Assembly (NCBI GenBank): GCA_964549615.1
Contig: CAZJVP010000099.1
Span: 32,001-96,000, forward strand
DNA length: 64,000 bases
Direction: 5' to 3'
From: an uncultured Thermococci archaeon
Lineage (GTDB): Archaea > CAYQAE01 > CAYVLA01
Positions 39,895 to 49,741 of the stretch are shown in pieces. The notes below the pieces were generated by a model that saw nothing but the letters and a program-made list of their open reading frames with translations, did no database searches and was not told the DNA's origin. Position 1 is the first letter of the stretch. Each line of letters starts with the position of its first letter. The translations under genes and the position numbers were made by a program.

Positions 39895-41205
39895 ATGCAA
39901 TTGATCTTCCACCCGCGCGTCAGATTCAGAGAGGGAAGGGAAGCATGCTCGAGGGCAGTCCTCCTCGCAAGACTGCACAAACTCCAACACGCCGAACCCA
40001 AGGCGATCGAGACATACACCAAGAGGAAGCTCGCCCGCATCCTTGATCACTGCCGACGAAGGATACCGTTCTACAGGGACTGGTTCACCAAAAACCCCGT
40101 GGAAAGCTACGATCTGAGCCATTTCCCGATCATCAACAAAGATACCCTGAGAACCAGCCCGACCAGCCATCTCCTGCCCGGGATAGACGAAGAGAAGTGT
40201 TGGACCAACCTCTCCTCCGGTTCAACAGGCGAGCCCATGAGATTCCTGTTCGATAGGTATACCGGGGCCGTCGTGGACAAGGCCGCGTCCTACTTCAACA
40301 TGTTCGAGTCCGGATACACGCTTAGGGACCGCTTGGGTAAGCAAGCCGTGCGGGACATCGGCAAGTGGTGGATGAAGCTTGGGATAATGAGGATGAAGGC
40401 AATCCCGATGGTGGGAGACCATTTCCAGACCATCCGGGAGCTCGTCGACTGGAGGGCAACCTGCCTCTACTTTTCTCCGTCCCTTGGCGAGGCCCTTGCG
40501 ATGGCCAACAATCAATCCAAAGAGCATCTCCGCGTCAAGTGGATCTTCACCTCCAACGAGACGCTCTTCCAGTCTGCCGCAGCCCTGCTCTCAAGCTCAT
40601 TCGAAGCCAAGGTGTTCGACAGGTATGGATCCGCCGAGTTCCCCGGAGTTGCTTGGACATGTGAAGAGAATAACTACCACATAATCCCCGAGCAGATCGT
40701 TGAGACGCTGGATTCAAGGGGGGAGCAAGTAGGACCCGGGGAGAGGGGGATCCTCGTGCTCACAACGCTCAACAATACGGTGGAGCCGCTGGTGCGGTAC
40801 GACACGCAGGACTTGGCGATCGTCGGGGACACAGACAGGTGCGGGTGCGGGAGGACATCTCCTTACCTGAGAAGAGTCGAGGGACGCATCCATGACTTTC
40901 TTGTGGACCATGACGGCTGGGGGATAAGCCCGATGATCCTTAATCCCTTGATGGACGACTACAACAACATCAGACGTTTCAAGGTGCGTCAGACCAAGAG
41001 AGGAGAGGCGGTTGTGGAGATCGTCCCAGCGAGACCCGACATCGATTTGGAAACCATACCGGCCCTCAAGGTAGTTGCTGAGAGGCTTAAGGGAAGGATC
41101 AGCCTCAAAGTCAGGGCTGTGGAGAGCGTAGAGGATACGGGCGGCAAGCGGAGGATCGTGGACTCCGCGGTCAAGCCCGATTGGCTAAGGTCCAGCGAAA
41201 GCTAG
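39895..41205 (+). CDS. CapK/phenylacetate-CoA ligase-like adenylating enzyme
   Basis: IPFYR, FPIINK, SSGSTGEP, YGSAE, PLVRYDTQD, EGRIHD, GGKRR. Confidence 0.88.
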   Translation: MQLIFHPRVRFREGREACSRAVLLARLHKLQHAEPKAIETYTKRKLARILDHCRRRIPFYRDWFTKNPVESYDLSHFPIINKDTLRTSPTSHLLPGIDEEKCWTNLSSGSTGEPMRFLFDRYTGAVVDKAASYFNMFESGYTLRDRLGKQAVRDIGKWWMKLGIMRMKAIPMVGDHFQTIRELVDWRATCLYFSPSLGEALAMANNQSKEHLRVKWIFTSNETLFQSAAALLSSSFEAKVFDRYGSAEFPGVAWTCEENNYHIIPEQIVETLDSRGEQVGPGERGILVLTTLNNTVEPLVRYDTQDLAIVGDTDRCGCGRTSPYLRRVEGRIHDFLVDHDGWGISPMILNPLMDDYNNIRRFKVRQTKRGEAVVEIVPARPDIDLETIPALKVVAERLKGRISLKVRAVESVEDTGGKRRIVDSAVKPDWLRSSES

Positions 41206-41342
41206 GCACTGGACATGCGCGGGCCCGCGCCATCGATGCTGCCTATCCTGTTGGCAGGCGGCGCGATTGTCGGGCAGAAATCACCGGAACGACCACAGGA
41301 AATGGCCGCCATCCGTTCCAGTGGGCGACCTTGGCATGGGGA

Positions 41343-42821
41343 CTATTTTCGCAGTACGTAGTGGAAGACGTTCAACTCAGCGAAAACGTAGTGAGATTCG
41401 CGCATTCCATATTCCTCGAAGTACTCCTTGGGGTAACCCTCTCCGCTGTAGGCCACGATCGTCCAGAAACCTTCCTTGCCGGCTAGGATGCTAGGCAGTT
41501 GGTCCGTTGTCAGGATCTCCTTGTTAACCCTGGGCACGGTTCCCGGCGTCGGTCCGAGAGGATATGCCTCAGGAGAAGCCTCTCGGTAGTAGTAGTGGAG
41601 GGCTTCATAGAATCCGGAAGGCCAAACGAACACCACCTCATCCACCGAGGCTTCTTCGCACAGAAGACTGGCTACATCTCGCCACTGTTCGTTCTGGAAA
41701 TCCCTGTAGTAGGGGACGAGAGGCTGTGAACATGTGAGGACCATGCTTGCAAGAAGCAGGATTCTCCATTTTCTGGTCTGGAAGAATTGGACCGAACGCG
41801 CTACCAAGATGTAGACGGGAAAAGAAGCCGCTATAGTGTACTTGGTCACGTATAGAGGGATTGCGACAAGCGAAAAGGCCAGCGGAAGGCCGACGATGCA
41901 GCCGAGCCAGAGACCAAGAAAGGAAAGTGCGCCCGGGTCGGCCAGGGAAACTTTCCACTCGAAGGTGTGCAGGGAAGAAATGGGCTTTCGGAGCTCCCAA
42001 GCGCCACGGAGTTTGGTAAAGGAGAAAAGTCCTATGGTGGCCAATGCGGTGAAGAATGCGACTTTCCACTCCTGGCCCCCTATGTACTCCGCGAAAGTCC
42101 TGAAGACGGTGGCCATTGTTGGTTTCTTTATCCACCCGATTAGGGACACCCGATCACTCTGCGCCGTGAACAGGAGCAGCCACAAAACGAAAAGCAAGCC
42201 GATAGACAGCTGAACGACCATCAACGTTTTCCCGACAGGCTCGTTTCGTTTCCGCAGAAGTACCCAGAGCAACTGGAAGCCTAGGGCAAGGACACCGTAC
42301 ACATGCAGGAAGGCCAAAGCAAGGGACGTTACCGCGTAGAGGACGAGATCCCTCCTCCGGCAGCGACGCAGGAGGCGGAGAAGAAGGATAATCGATGCCA
42401 GCGACAAGAACGCCAGTGCCGAGTACATCCGGGCCTCCTGGGAGTGGTGGATGTGGAATCGCGATAAAGCCACGATCAGGGCTGTGACGAGCCCAGTCTC
42501 CTCTTCAAAGAGGGATCTGGCAACGAGAAAGACCAGAGGAATGCACAGGACCCCGAAGACCACGGACAAAGAGCGCGTGCCCCGTTCGGAATCGCCGAAT
42601 GCGGCTGACCATCCCTTGAGAAGGAGGTAGTAAAGGGGCGGATGGGTGTCCTGAGCGACGCGTGTGTTGAATATGTCGCCCAAGGAACCCGAGATCCTGT
42701 TCACGCTGGACACCTCGTCCAGCCAGTAGCTTTCAGCCCCCAACTGGACCAGCCTGAGCACGGCGCCAATGAGGCATATGACGCTTAACGCGATGAGGAC
42801 ACGTCGTGTCTCCAACTTCAC
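41343..42821 (-). CDS. GT39/ArnT-like (GT-C) membrane glycosyltransferase
   Basis: WLDE, HPPLYY, RSLS, SQEARMY, many TM helices. Confidence 0.9.
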   Translation of the reverse strand: MKLETRRVLIALSVICLIGAVLRLVQLGAESYWLDEVSSVNRISGSLGDIFNTRVAQDTHPPLYYLLLKGWSAAFGDSERGTRSLSVVFGVLCIPLVFLVARSLFEEETGLVTALIVALSRFHIHHSQEARMYSALAFLSLASIILLLRLLRRCRRRDLVLYAVTSLALAFLHVYGVLALGFQLLWVLLRKRNEPVGKTLMVVQLSIGLLFVLWLLLFTAQSDRVSLIGWIKKPTMATVFRTFAEYIGGQEWKVAFFTALATIGLFSFTKLRGAWELRKPISSLHTFEWKVSLADPGALSFLGLWLGCIVGLPLAFSLVAIPLYVTKYTIAASFPVYILVARSVQFFQTRKWRILLLASMVLTCSQPLVPYYRDFQNEQWRDVASLLCEEASVDEVVFVWPSGFYEALHYYYREASPEAYPLGPTPGTVPRVNKEILTTDQLPSILAGKEGFWTIVAYSGEGYPKEYFEEYGMRESHYVFAELNVFHYVLRK

Positions 42822-44146
42822 CCAACCCCAGATCTGTATGACGTTCTCGATCTCCCGCTCTTGATGCTCTCAATCAGAATTCCCGGGCCGTGGACCAGCG
42901 CGCGGTAGGACTCGGGCGCCTCCGTGCTCGGTAATCCTTGTCTTGTGAAGCAGAGATGGCAAAACGGTCTGACCCGCTCATACGTATCCGCGTCCATCCT
43001 GACCAACCTCATCTTGGGGTAGCCGAGCCTCATCTGGTCGGCCAGCTGGCAGGGTTGATCGTTCCACTCGATGATTCCGGCGACAATTCTCATGGCCGAG
43101 TCAGGCCTCCCCATGATGTGAGGCGAGGCACGACACTTTCTGGATATTTCGTCCCTTGCGTCCACCACGCCGTGCGCCATCTGGATGATCGTTTCGGTGC
43201 AGCTTCCTACAAGGAAGTTGGCGCGCGCCTCCACCGTCTCCGGCCATTCGGTGTTTCTCCTCAGGGTGAGGCACGGGGTCGCTAAGAGGTAGGCTTCCTG
43301 TTGCAGACCCCCGGAATCGGTAACTATGAACGCCGCATCCTTGATGAGGGAAAGCGCGGCAAGATAGGAGACGGGGGGAATCAGGCGAACTGCACCAGTT
43401 GTATTGAAGAGCCCAAGACGCCTCGCCGCCCTCCGCGTCCTAGGGTGGATCGGAAATACGACTGGTAGGTCCAGCTTTGCAAGTGCGGAGAAAATGGATG
43501 ACAACTTAGCTGGGTCTTCTACGTTCTCCTCCCTGTGAACGGTTGCTAGGACATAGCGCGAGGGCTCTAACCCCAAGCTCTGCGCCGCGTTCGCCTCCGC
43601 AATCGATTCCGAGAGCGATGAAACAAGCGACACGATGGGATGCCCATACTGGAATATTGAAGCTGGACGGATTCCCTCCCGGAGGAGGTTGAGGGTTGCA
43701 GTCTTGGTCGGGGCGAAATGAACCCTCGAGCACGCAGAAATGGTCACCCTATTCCTCTCTTCCGGCATCGCTGGGTCGAAAGACCTACAACCCGCCTCTA
43801 TATGGGCCATGGGAAGGCCCATCCTCGACGCGGCAATCGCCGCGCCGAGAGTGGAGTCAGTATCTCCCACCGCAACGACCATACCGGTCCCGGTATCGCG
43901 AAAAGTCCTTGCCAGCACACGAATCGTTGTGGCCAGACGACTGAGGGGCTCCCGAGGAACGAAAGGCAATATTGCCTTGGGTCTGGGTAGATCGAGCTCG
44001 GGTATGTGTCTCTCGCTGAGCTCCCAATCGTAATGCTGCCCGGTGTGCAGCAACTGGAAATCTAGGTCCCTCCTTCTCATCTCACGGATGATCGGGGTCA
44101 TCTTTATGATTTCGGGGCGCGTGCCCACGACCAAAGCTATGTTCAT
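42818..44146 (-). CDS. wecB: UDP-N-acetylglucosamine 2-epimerase (non-hydrolysing)
   Basis: GTRPEIIK, HTGQHY, GDT, HIEAG, PEERNR, TVHREEN, HPRT, TDSGGLQQEA. Confidence 0.95.
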   Translation of the reverse strand: MNIALVVGTRPEIIKMTPIIREMRRRDLDFQLLHTGQHYDWELSERHIPELDLPRPKAILPFVPREPLSRLATTIRVLARTFRDTGTGMVVAVGDTDSTLGAAIAASRMGLPMAHIEAGCRSFDPAMPEERNRVTISACSRVHFAPTKTATLNLLREGIRPASIFQYGHPIVSLVSSLSESIAEANAAQSLGLEPSRYVLATVHREENVEDPAKLSSIFSALAKLDLPVVFPIHPRTRRAARRLGLFNTTGAVRLIPPVSYLAALSLIKDAAFIVTDSGGLQQEAYLLATPCLTLRRNTEWPETVEARANFLVGSCTETIIQMAHGVVDARDEISRKCRASPHIMGRPDSAMRIVAGIIEWNDQPCQLADQMRLGYPKMRLVRMDADTYERVRPFCHLCFTRQGLPSTEAPESYRALVHGPGILIESIKSGRSRTSYRSGVG

Positions 44147-44255
44147 CGATCCTGAGCTTTCTCGCCTGCTCTTAGACCTCGTTTTGGTAGGGCTTCGATT
44201 CATCTCGATCGAGCCTGAGGTAAGCGAGAAAAAGCCTCATGCGACCGGATTTCGA

Positions 44256-45149
44256 ATGAAGGCAGCAATACAGGTTGACGTGGACGGGGACTGGACTTAC
44301 AGAAGCTACCTCGGGCTGGAAACAACGGTTGAAAAGGACGAGCTTTTCGCAGAGGCAATGAACGCAGTTCTGACAAAGCTCGAGGAGCACCAGCTACCTG
44401 CCACCTTCTTCGTGGTGGGAAGGGATCTACAAGTTGATTGGAAAGCTAGGATACTGAAAAGGGCTGCGCGCTCCGGCCACGAGATCTCCAATCACTCAAT
44501 GAACCATATCCTGAATTTCGCCGAACTCAAGGAAATGGATGTGGCTTCTGAGATAGACGAGTCCGCCCGAATGTGCCTCGAGAAGCTCGGAGTCGTGGTC
44601 CGTGGCTTCAGGGCCCCCGGCTTTGACCTTCACCCCAAGGCGCTCAGGTTGCTCCGAGCGAGGTCTTACGTCTATGACTCGTCCGTGATCCCGACATTCG
44701 TCTATCCGTTGGCTCTGGCAGCAGATCGCCTGTTCCACTTGGCCAGAGGTACCCCCATACCACATTGGAGGCACGGGCCAAAGTTTGGCTGGTTTGTTGC
44801 ACCTCTGGCCCCCTATTTCCCCTCCGACGATGACTTCTTGACCGGTGGCGCTATAGAGGTCCTTGAGGTGCCTGTGTCTACCCACCCCACTACTCGGATT
44901 CCGATCCACATGGCCTTCAGCCTGGTCCTCGGGTCGAGATGGTTTGAGATCGGCGTAAGGTCGCTGCGTCGGAAGGGCCTCCCCCTTGTCTTCCTCATAC
45001 ACCTGAAGGATTTTCGTGCCTTGCTGGACGGGCGTAACGCCAAGGCGCTTCGAATGACCGATCACGTCCTGACGAGAATCGCAGAGGAATTTGAACCCAC
45101 CACTACCCTGGAGCTTGCGCGGGAATGGACCGCCAGGCTGGCACCCTAG
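44256..45149 (+). CDS. Polysaccharide deacetylase family protein
   Basis: VDVD, ATFFVVG, GHEISNHSMNH, GFRAPGF, YDSS, EVPVS. Confidence 0.9.
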   Translation: MKAAIQVDVDGDWTYRSYLGLETTVEKDELFAEAMNAVLTKLEEHQLPATFFVVGRDLQVDWKARILKRAARSGHEISNHSMNHILNFAELKEMDVASEIDESARMCLEKLGVVVRGFRAPGFDLHPKALRLLRARSYVYDSSVIPTFVYPLALAADRLFHLARGTPIPHWRHGPKFGWFVAPLAPYFPSDDDFLTGGAIEVLEVPVSTHPTTRIPIHMAFSLVLGSRWFEIGVRSLRRKGLPLVFLIHLKDFRALLDGRNAKALRMTDHVLTRIAEEFEPTTTLELAREWTARLAP

Positions 45150-45248
45150 CCGGATGGATTCAATACCATCTACGAACCTGCTGAGGCAGCTCACCACCAA
45201 GTGAAGCGAAAAGTAATCTTCTCAAATAGGAGGTCAAGACGAACCTTC

Positions 45249-46004
45249 ATGCATCGAGAAGCGTCGATCAGCGTCATCCTGCCCATGTTCAATGAGGCGA
45301 CCAACGCCGCCTGCATTGTGGCCGTGGGAGGAATGCTCGAGCGGACTGGCCGCTCCTGGGAGATCATCGTTGTGGACGACGGCAGCACGGACGGCACGGC
45401 CTTGGCCGTTACCGCGGCCGCGAAGGGCATGCAGAACGTCACGATCCAATCCCATCAGCGAAACGAAGGATTGGGGGCCGCGATCCGGACGGGAGTTTCG
45501 GCTTCCACAGGCGAGTGCATAATCGTTCTGGACGCCGACCTGTCCTACGATGTGCGATGCATCCCGAAACTCTTGGAGAAGATGGAGAACAACGATGTGG
45601 TCGTGTGTTCGCCGTACATGAAAGGCGCTTCCTCTGAGGGGCCGCCCAGAACCAGAATATGGGCCAGTAGGGCCGTCAATACCTTGTACAGGGCGCTCAT
45701 AGATCGGGGGCTCACATGTTACACAGGCATGGCGAGGGCGTACAGGCGTGACGCCCTCCGGTCGGTGGAATGGTCGTCCGACGGTTTTGAGAGCCAAGCG
45801 GAGATCCTGGCGAGGCTGGTATTGCAGAACCGTGCTATCTGTGAAATACCTGTCGTCCTCAGCAAAAGAAGAGCGGGCAGATCCAAGCTCGCCGTACATC
45901 GAGAAATACTGGCGCACCTGAAGCTGCTCGCGCGGCTCGCGTTTCTTGCGTCGTCATGTCGAAGATCCCAGAAAGGGCAACGCCAGGGATATGTTCTAAC
46001 TTGA
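45249..46004 (+). CDS. GT2 polyprenol-phosphate glycosyltransferase (DPM1/ArnC-like)
   Basis: PMFNE, VDDGSTDGT, GLGAAIRTG, LDADLS, EIPV, RRAGRSK. Confidence 0.9.
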   Translation: MHREASISVILPMFNEATNAACIVAVGGMLERTGRSWEIIVVDDGSTDGTALAVTAAAKGMQNVTIQSHQRNEGLGAAIRTGVSASTGECIIVLDADLSYDVRCIPKLLEKMENNDVVVCSPYMKGASSEGPPRTRIWASRAVNTLYRALIDRGLTCYTGMARAYRRDALRSVEWSSDGFESQAEILARLVLQNRAICEIPVVLSKRRAGRSKLAVHREILAHLKLLARLAFLASSCRRSQKGQRQGYVLT

Positions 46005-47279
46005 CCTCAGGTAGTTCATGACCCTTGAAGCTGCCAAGAATCCTGACTCGGCGGCGGATCCAATCGTGGGCATTTCAGGGTACATCAGATGAGCGCCCGC
46101 TGTGAAAACGCCCCTTGGCAGGAAGTTTTCTTCGCTAACCAGTGTCTGGAAATCCCTGGTGAAGATCGGGGATGCGAACCGTTCCCTGAACACACGGACC
46201 TCTCTGATCTTCGACCCGAAGCCTGGGAAGATCTTATCCAGACTCGTCTTGGCCTCTTCTATGACGGCCTCGTCGCTCGCCTGCCAAGACGGATCAGCGA
46301 CGCCCAGATAGCGGTAAGCGTAGCAGATGGCCATGCCGCTCGGCCCGCCGTATCGGTCAAACAGGTGGTGAATCAAGCCACCCAAAGGTATATCGTCGTA
46401 GGCGAAGACTATGCTAAGGTTCCGGTCGATCATTCTTTCCTCAAGAATAAAGCACAGGTTGATGATCGACTGATATTGTATGCCATGAAGCTCGCCGCTG
46501 CCGCAAGGAGGCATAGATAGCAATTCCCCGCGAGGGATGCAAGCGACGACCGCGTGGACATCGATTTCATCCTTTCCATCAGTCCCTTGAACCTCCGCTC
46601 GATAGCCTTCGGGCTTCGCCCTCAAGTTCGTCACCTCGCAGCTCGTTTCGACTCTGCCGCTGTTCTTTTCGATGCAACTCCTCAGCGTCTGTACCAAGAG
46701 TTCGAGCCGGTTGCCGAGGACTCCAGTCTTGCTGCCCATCCGTACCGAGTTTTGCAGGCGGTTCCACACCCAGGACGCCGATAGGCCGTGTAAGCCTTGT
46801 TTGTACTTGACCCACGACAGTGGTTCGAAGAAGCCTGTCGTAGCTTCCTTGCCCACCTTGCTCAACAGCCATTCGCTTGCCGACCTTCCCTCAATATCGT
46901 CCCCGGTCAGGCCGAGAAGTGCCTCCAGGGACAGAATTCCCAGCCTAATTCTGCTACCAAAGGGCAGGGGCTTGAAAGTCAGAAGGCTCAGCGGAGACGT
47001 AATGCCATACAACCCTCCGTTGAAATGGAAACACGTCTCAACTCTCTCCCACCTGACTGCTTCTAAGAGTCCCAGCCTTTGCAGGAGGGCGAGCGCAGCA
47101 TCATCGGTTGGCAGCACGTTATGGCAAAACCGCGGCAACATGAGATGTCCCTGTCGAAAGCTTGAACAAAGACCCCCAAGGGACGGGCTCTTCTCGACGA
47201 GGACAGTATCCACATTGGAAGAAAGGCTGAGGGCGCAACAAAGGCCACTGATTCCGCCGCCAACAACCAAGACTCTCAT
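45996..47279 (-). CDS. FAD-dependent oxidoreductase (protoporphyrinogen oxidase/amine oxidase-like)
   Basis: MRVLVVGGGISG, EKSPSLGGL, C-terminal AAESGFLAA. Confidence 0.85.
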   Translation of the reverse strand: MRVLVVGGGISGLCCALSLSSNVDTVLVEKSPSLGGLCSSFRQGHLMLPRFCHNVLPTDDAALALLQRLGLLEAVRWERVETCFHFNGGLYGITSPLSLLTFKPLPFGSRIRLGILSLEALLGLTGDDIEGRSASEWLLSKVGKEATTGFFEPLSWVKYKQGLHGLSASWVWNRLQNSVRMGSKTGVLGNRLELLVQTLRSCIEKNSGRVETSCEVTNLRAKPEGYRAEVQGTDGKDEIDVHAVVACIPRGELLSMPPCGSGELHGIQYQSIINLCFILEERMIDRNLSIVFAYDDIPLGGLIHHLFDRYGGPSGMAICYAYRYLGVADPSWQASDEAVIEEAKTSLDKIFPGFGSKIREVRVFRERFASPIFTRDFQTLVSEENFLPRGVFTAGAHLMYPEMPTIGSAAESGFLAASRVMNYLRSS

Positions 47280-47436
47280 CGAATTACCCTCCGGTCGAAC
47301 CAAAGCGAGTGCCCTCCGCCTCTCAATGGAAGATGCAACGCGGCAACCAATAGACCCCGCGTCTCGGGGACGTGCTATTAACGCTTGCCTGACTGAGAAG
47401 TCAGGTTTGGGTGTCGACATTCGAAACACGCCGATG

Positions 47437-47674
47437 CTAGATCTCGGCTTGACGTAACCGCGTGGCCCCTGCCAGCGAGGGTCGCCTTGTTGTCAGATGA
47501 CCTTCTCCATAGACCGGTCGGTGAGCCAGGAGTGTGCCACAGAAGAATGACGCGGCCCCGCGACTTACGATGGGCAAGGCCGTGTAGAACCCTTGGTACG
47601 CATGCTCGTTCTGGTCGCGTGCCGGGCGGGCCCGGTGCGGCCAGCCTGAAGAGGGCGAGTACACCTAGGGCCAT
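47437..47674 (-). pseudogene. Possible fragment of a membrane transporter gene (MFS-like)
   Basis: Short hydrophobic stretches in two frames (MALGVLALF; EHAYQGFYTALPIVSRGAASFFCGTLL); no full gene. Confidence 0.2.
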
Positions 47675-47737
47675 CTCGAAAAACTAGGGCGGCTTGGGGT
47701 AGACATGCGGAGCAAACGCTGCGAACACAGTCAGGCA

Positions 47738-49600
47738 TCACCCGTCGGATCGCCGCCCTGACGCCGCGCCATTGGCGATGTTCAGCGAGTACCAGATCTC
47801 CATGTTCACCAGGTCGGCCAAGAATGGGTCATTCTTCCGAACCAGAGCACGCACAGCTTCTGGGTTAAGGATACCGTCGCGCATCAGGTTCCCGTTCGAA
47901 ACCGCTGTCTCAGCAAAGCCTCTGAGCTCATTGGCGTACCACTCCTCGACAGGCAGGGAGAAGCCGATCTTGGTCCTTTGGGTGATCTCGGGTGGGAACC
48001 CCATTTTTTCTAGATAGCTCCTCAGCAAATCCTTGGTCCGCGGGTTGTGGAAGAGCTCGGCAGGCGAGCTGCTAAGCGCAAGTTCGACAACCGTCCTATC
48101 CATCAGCGGATACGTGGGCACCAAGGAGTTTGCCTGGTGATAGTACCAGAAGGCTCTGAAACCGCCCGGGAGGTTTGACCGAACGCCCAGCAACCGCCGG
48201 GAGTTGAAGGGCCCCAGCACCGCCGCCTCGAGGATCTCCTCGTTCAGAACGGACTTGATGCGACCCCATTCCTCGGCCGGAATGAAGGAATCAGAGAGAA
48301 CCTCGCGTGATCGTGCGAATGCCTTGGAAAGCTCGCGCAGCAGGAAGTAGCCGGGGACAATGCCCTCGATAAGAATCTTCCACAGCCTGATGATGTGCCC
48401 GAGCCTGCCCGGGCCGCGTGCGATATCCATAATCCCCTGGCCGAAGCGCCGCCGCAGCAATCGCTTGGATGATGCGCTGAGACAACCTAGGCACACCAAG
48501 GAGAAGATTGCGTCCGCCGCGGCCCAGTCCACCCACGATGGGTAACCCCCGAAGAGCTCATCGCCCCCGTCACCGCTGAATACGACCTCTGCCCCCTCGC
48601 TTGCAGCCAGGACTGCTGCGCAGTAGTATTGCACCCCCCCGCCCGGCGGTTCCTGTCCCACCATGATCGTCTCTTGCAGCGTTCGGCGGAAATCGTTCCA
48701 ATCTATCGTCCGGCTCCTGTGAGTTGAACCGATGTGTGCGCTTGCCCTCAGCGCGGATGCCCCCTCGTCCCAACCCTTCTTCGCAGCACCCACCGAGAGC
48801 GTCACAATCCGACTACTCAATTGCTGTCGTGCCAGTCCGGACAGCGTGCCACACACGGTCGAAGAGTCTATGCCGCCGCTAAGGTACGCAAAAGGGGGCG
48901 AATGAACGGCATGCATCCTAGCCTTCGTTGAATCCGCAATCGCCTGCCAGACCGCCTCCCAACTTAAACCCTCCTGTCTCCTCGATAGATAAGCTGAAGC
49001 GTCCCAGTACATGGACTCCTCGAACCCTTGTTGGTCTGCTGTGAGTATGTATCCTGCCCTCACCTTTTGCACGCCTTCAAAAATCGTCTTGGAGTCCGCC
49101 CTCCTGCCCCGAACCAGTATCTCGGCAATGCCTGTCCTGTCCAAATTCGGGCGGGGCCGCGTTCGAGCCAGGGCAGTGAGATCCGTCGAAAATAGAATCA
49201 CCCCCTCAACACAGCGGTAATACAGCGGCCGACTACCGAAGTGGTCTCTGACGAGATAGAGCTCTGATCCACCTGGGTCAAAGAGAACGATCGAAAACTC
49301 GCCGTTCAGCCTGGTGAAGAAGCTGGCGCCCTGTGAGGAAAAGCCTGCGGCGAGCGAGATCGCCTGGTTCTCCGTATCGACAGGGTAGATCCTGCCCATC
49401 AGGGCGACGATGGGCCCCTCCTTTTCATGGTGCCATTGCACAGGCTCAGTCGGTCTGTCGAAGGCCCTCAGCTCAAGACGATTGGAGGCGTAGACATGGT
49501 CCGGCCCAGATCGTTCGGAGTCGATGTAGGTCGAGGCCTCGTCGAGCAGCCTCGTTGGGCACCCCCCGCGCAAGACGTATGCCCCGACGAGTCTCGCCAC
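47738..49600 (-). CDS. Asparagine synthase (AsnB)-like ATP-dependent amide ligase lacking the N-terminal glutaminase Cys
   Basis: LNGEF, RDHFGSRPLYY, LSGGIDSS, SGDGGDELFGGY, RTKIGF. Start GTG 49600 after GAGGTG gives MARLVG. Confidence 0.88.
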   Translation of the reverse strand: MARLVGAYVLRGGCPTRLLDEASTYIDSERSGPDHVYASNRLELRAFDRPTEPVQWHHEKEGPIVALMGRIYPVDTENQAISLAAGFSSQGASFFTRLNGEFSIVLFDPGGSELYLVRDHFGSRPLYYRCVEGVILFSTDLTALARTRPRPNLDRTGIAEILVRGRRADSKTIFEGVQKVRAGYILTADQQGFEESMYWDASAYLSRRQEGLSWEAVWQAIADSTKARMHAVHSPPFAYLSGGIDSSTVCGTLSGLARQQLSSRIVTLSVGAAKKGWDEGASALRASAHIGSTHRSRTIDWNDFRRTLQETIMVGQEPPGGGVQYYCAAVLAASEGAEVVFSGDGGDELFGGYPSWVDWAAADAIFSLVCLGCLSASSKRLLRRRFGQGIMDIARGPGRLGHIIRLWKILIEGIVPGYFLLRELSKAFARSREVLSDSFIPAEEWGRIKSVLNEEILEAAVLGPFNSRRLLGVRSNLPGGFRAFWYYHQANSLVPTYPLMDRTVVELALSSSPAELFHNPRTKDLLRSYLEKMGFPPEITQRTKIGFSLPVEEWYANELRGFAETAVSNGNLMRDGILNPEAVRALVRKNDPFLADLVNMEIWYSLNIANGAASGRRSDG

Positions 49601-49624
49601 GGCACCTCTTCTCTCAAGCATACG

Positions 49625-49639
49625 ATAATAAGATTTTCG
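49625..49639 (-). promoter_or_regulatory. Archaeal BRE/TATA promoter
   Basis: CGAAAAT-CTTATTAT on the minus strand, 24 nt upstream of GTG 49600. Confidence 0.6.
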
Positions 49640-49741
49640 GATCGATTCCCCGATTCTTCGAAAGGACAAACCGACGATAGATGCAAAACCCGCGGTGCCG
49701 CGGGGGCGTGTGGCTCATCTTCCTTAACACGAGCCGCCGTC

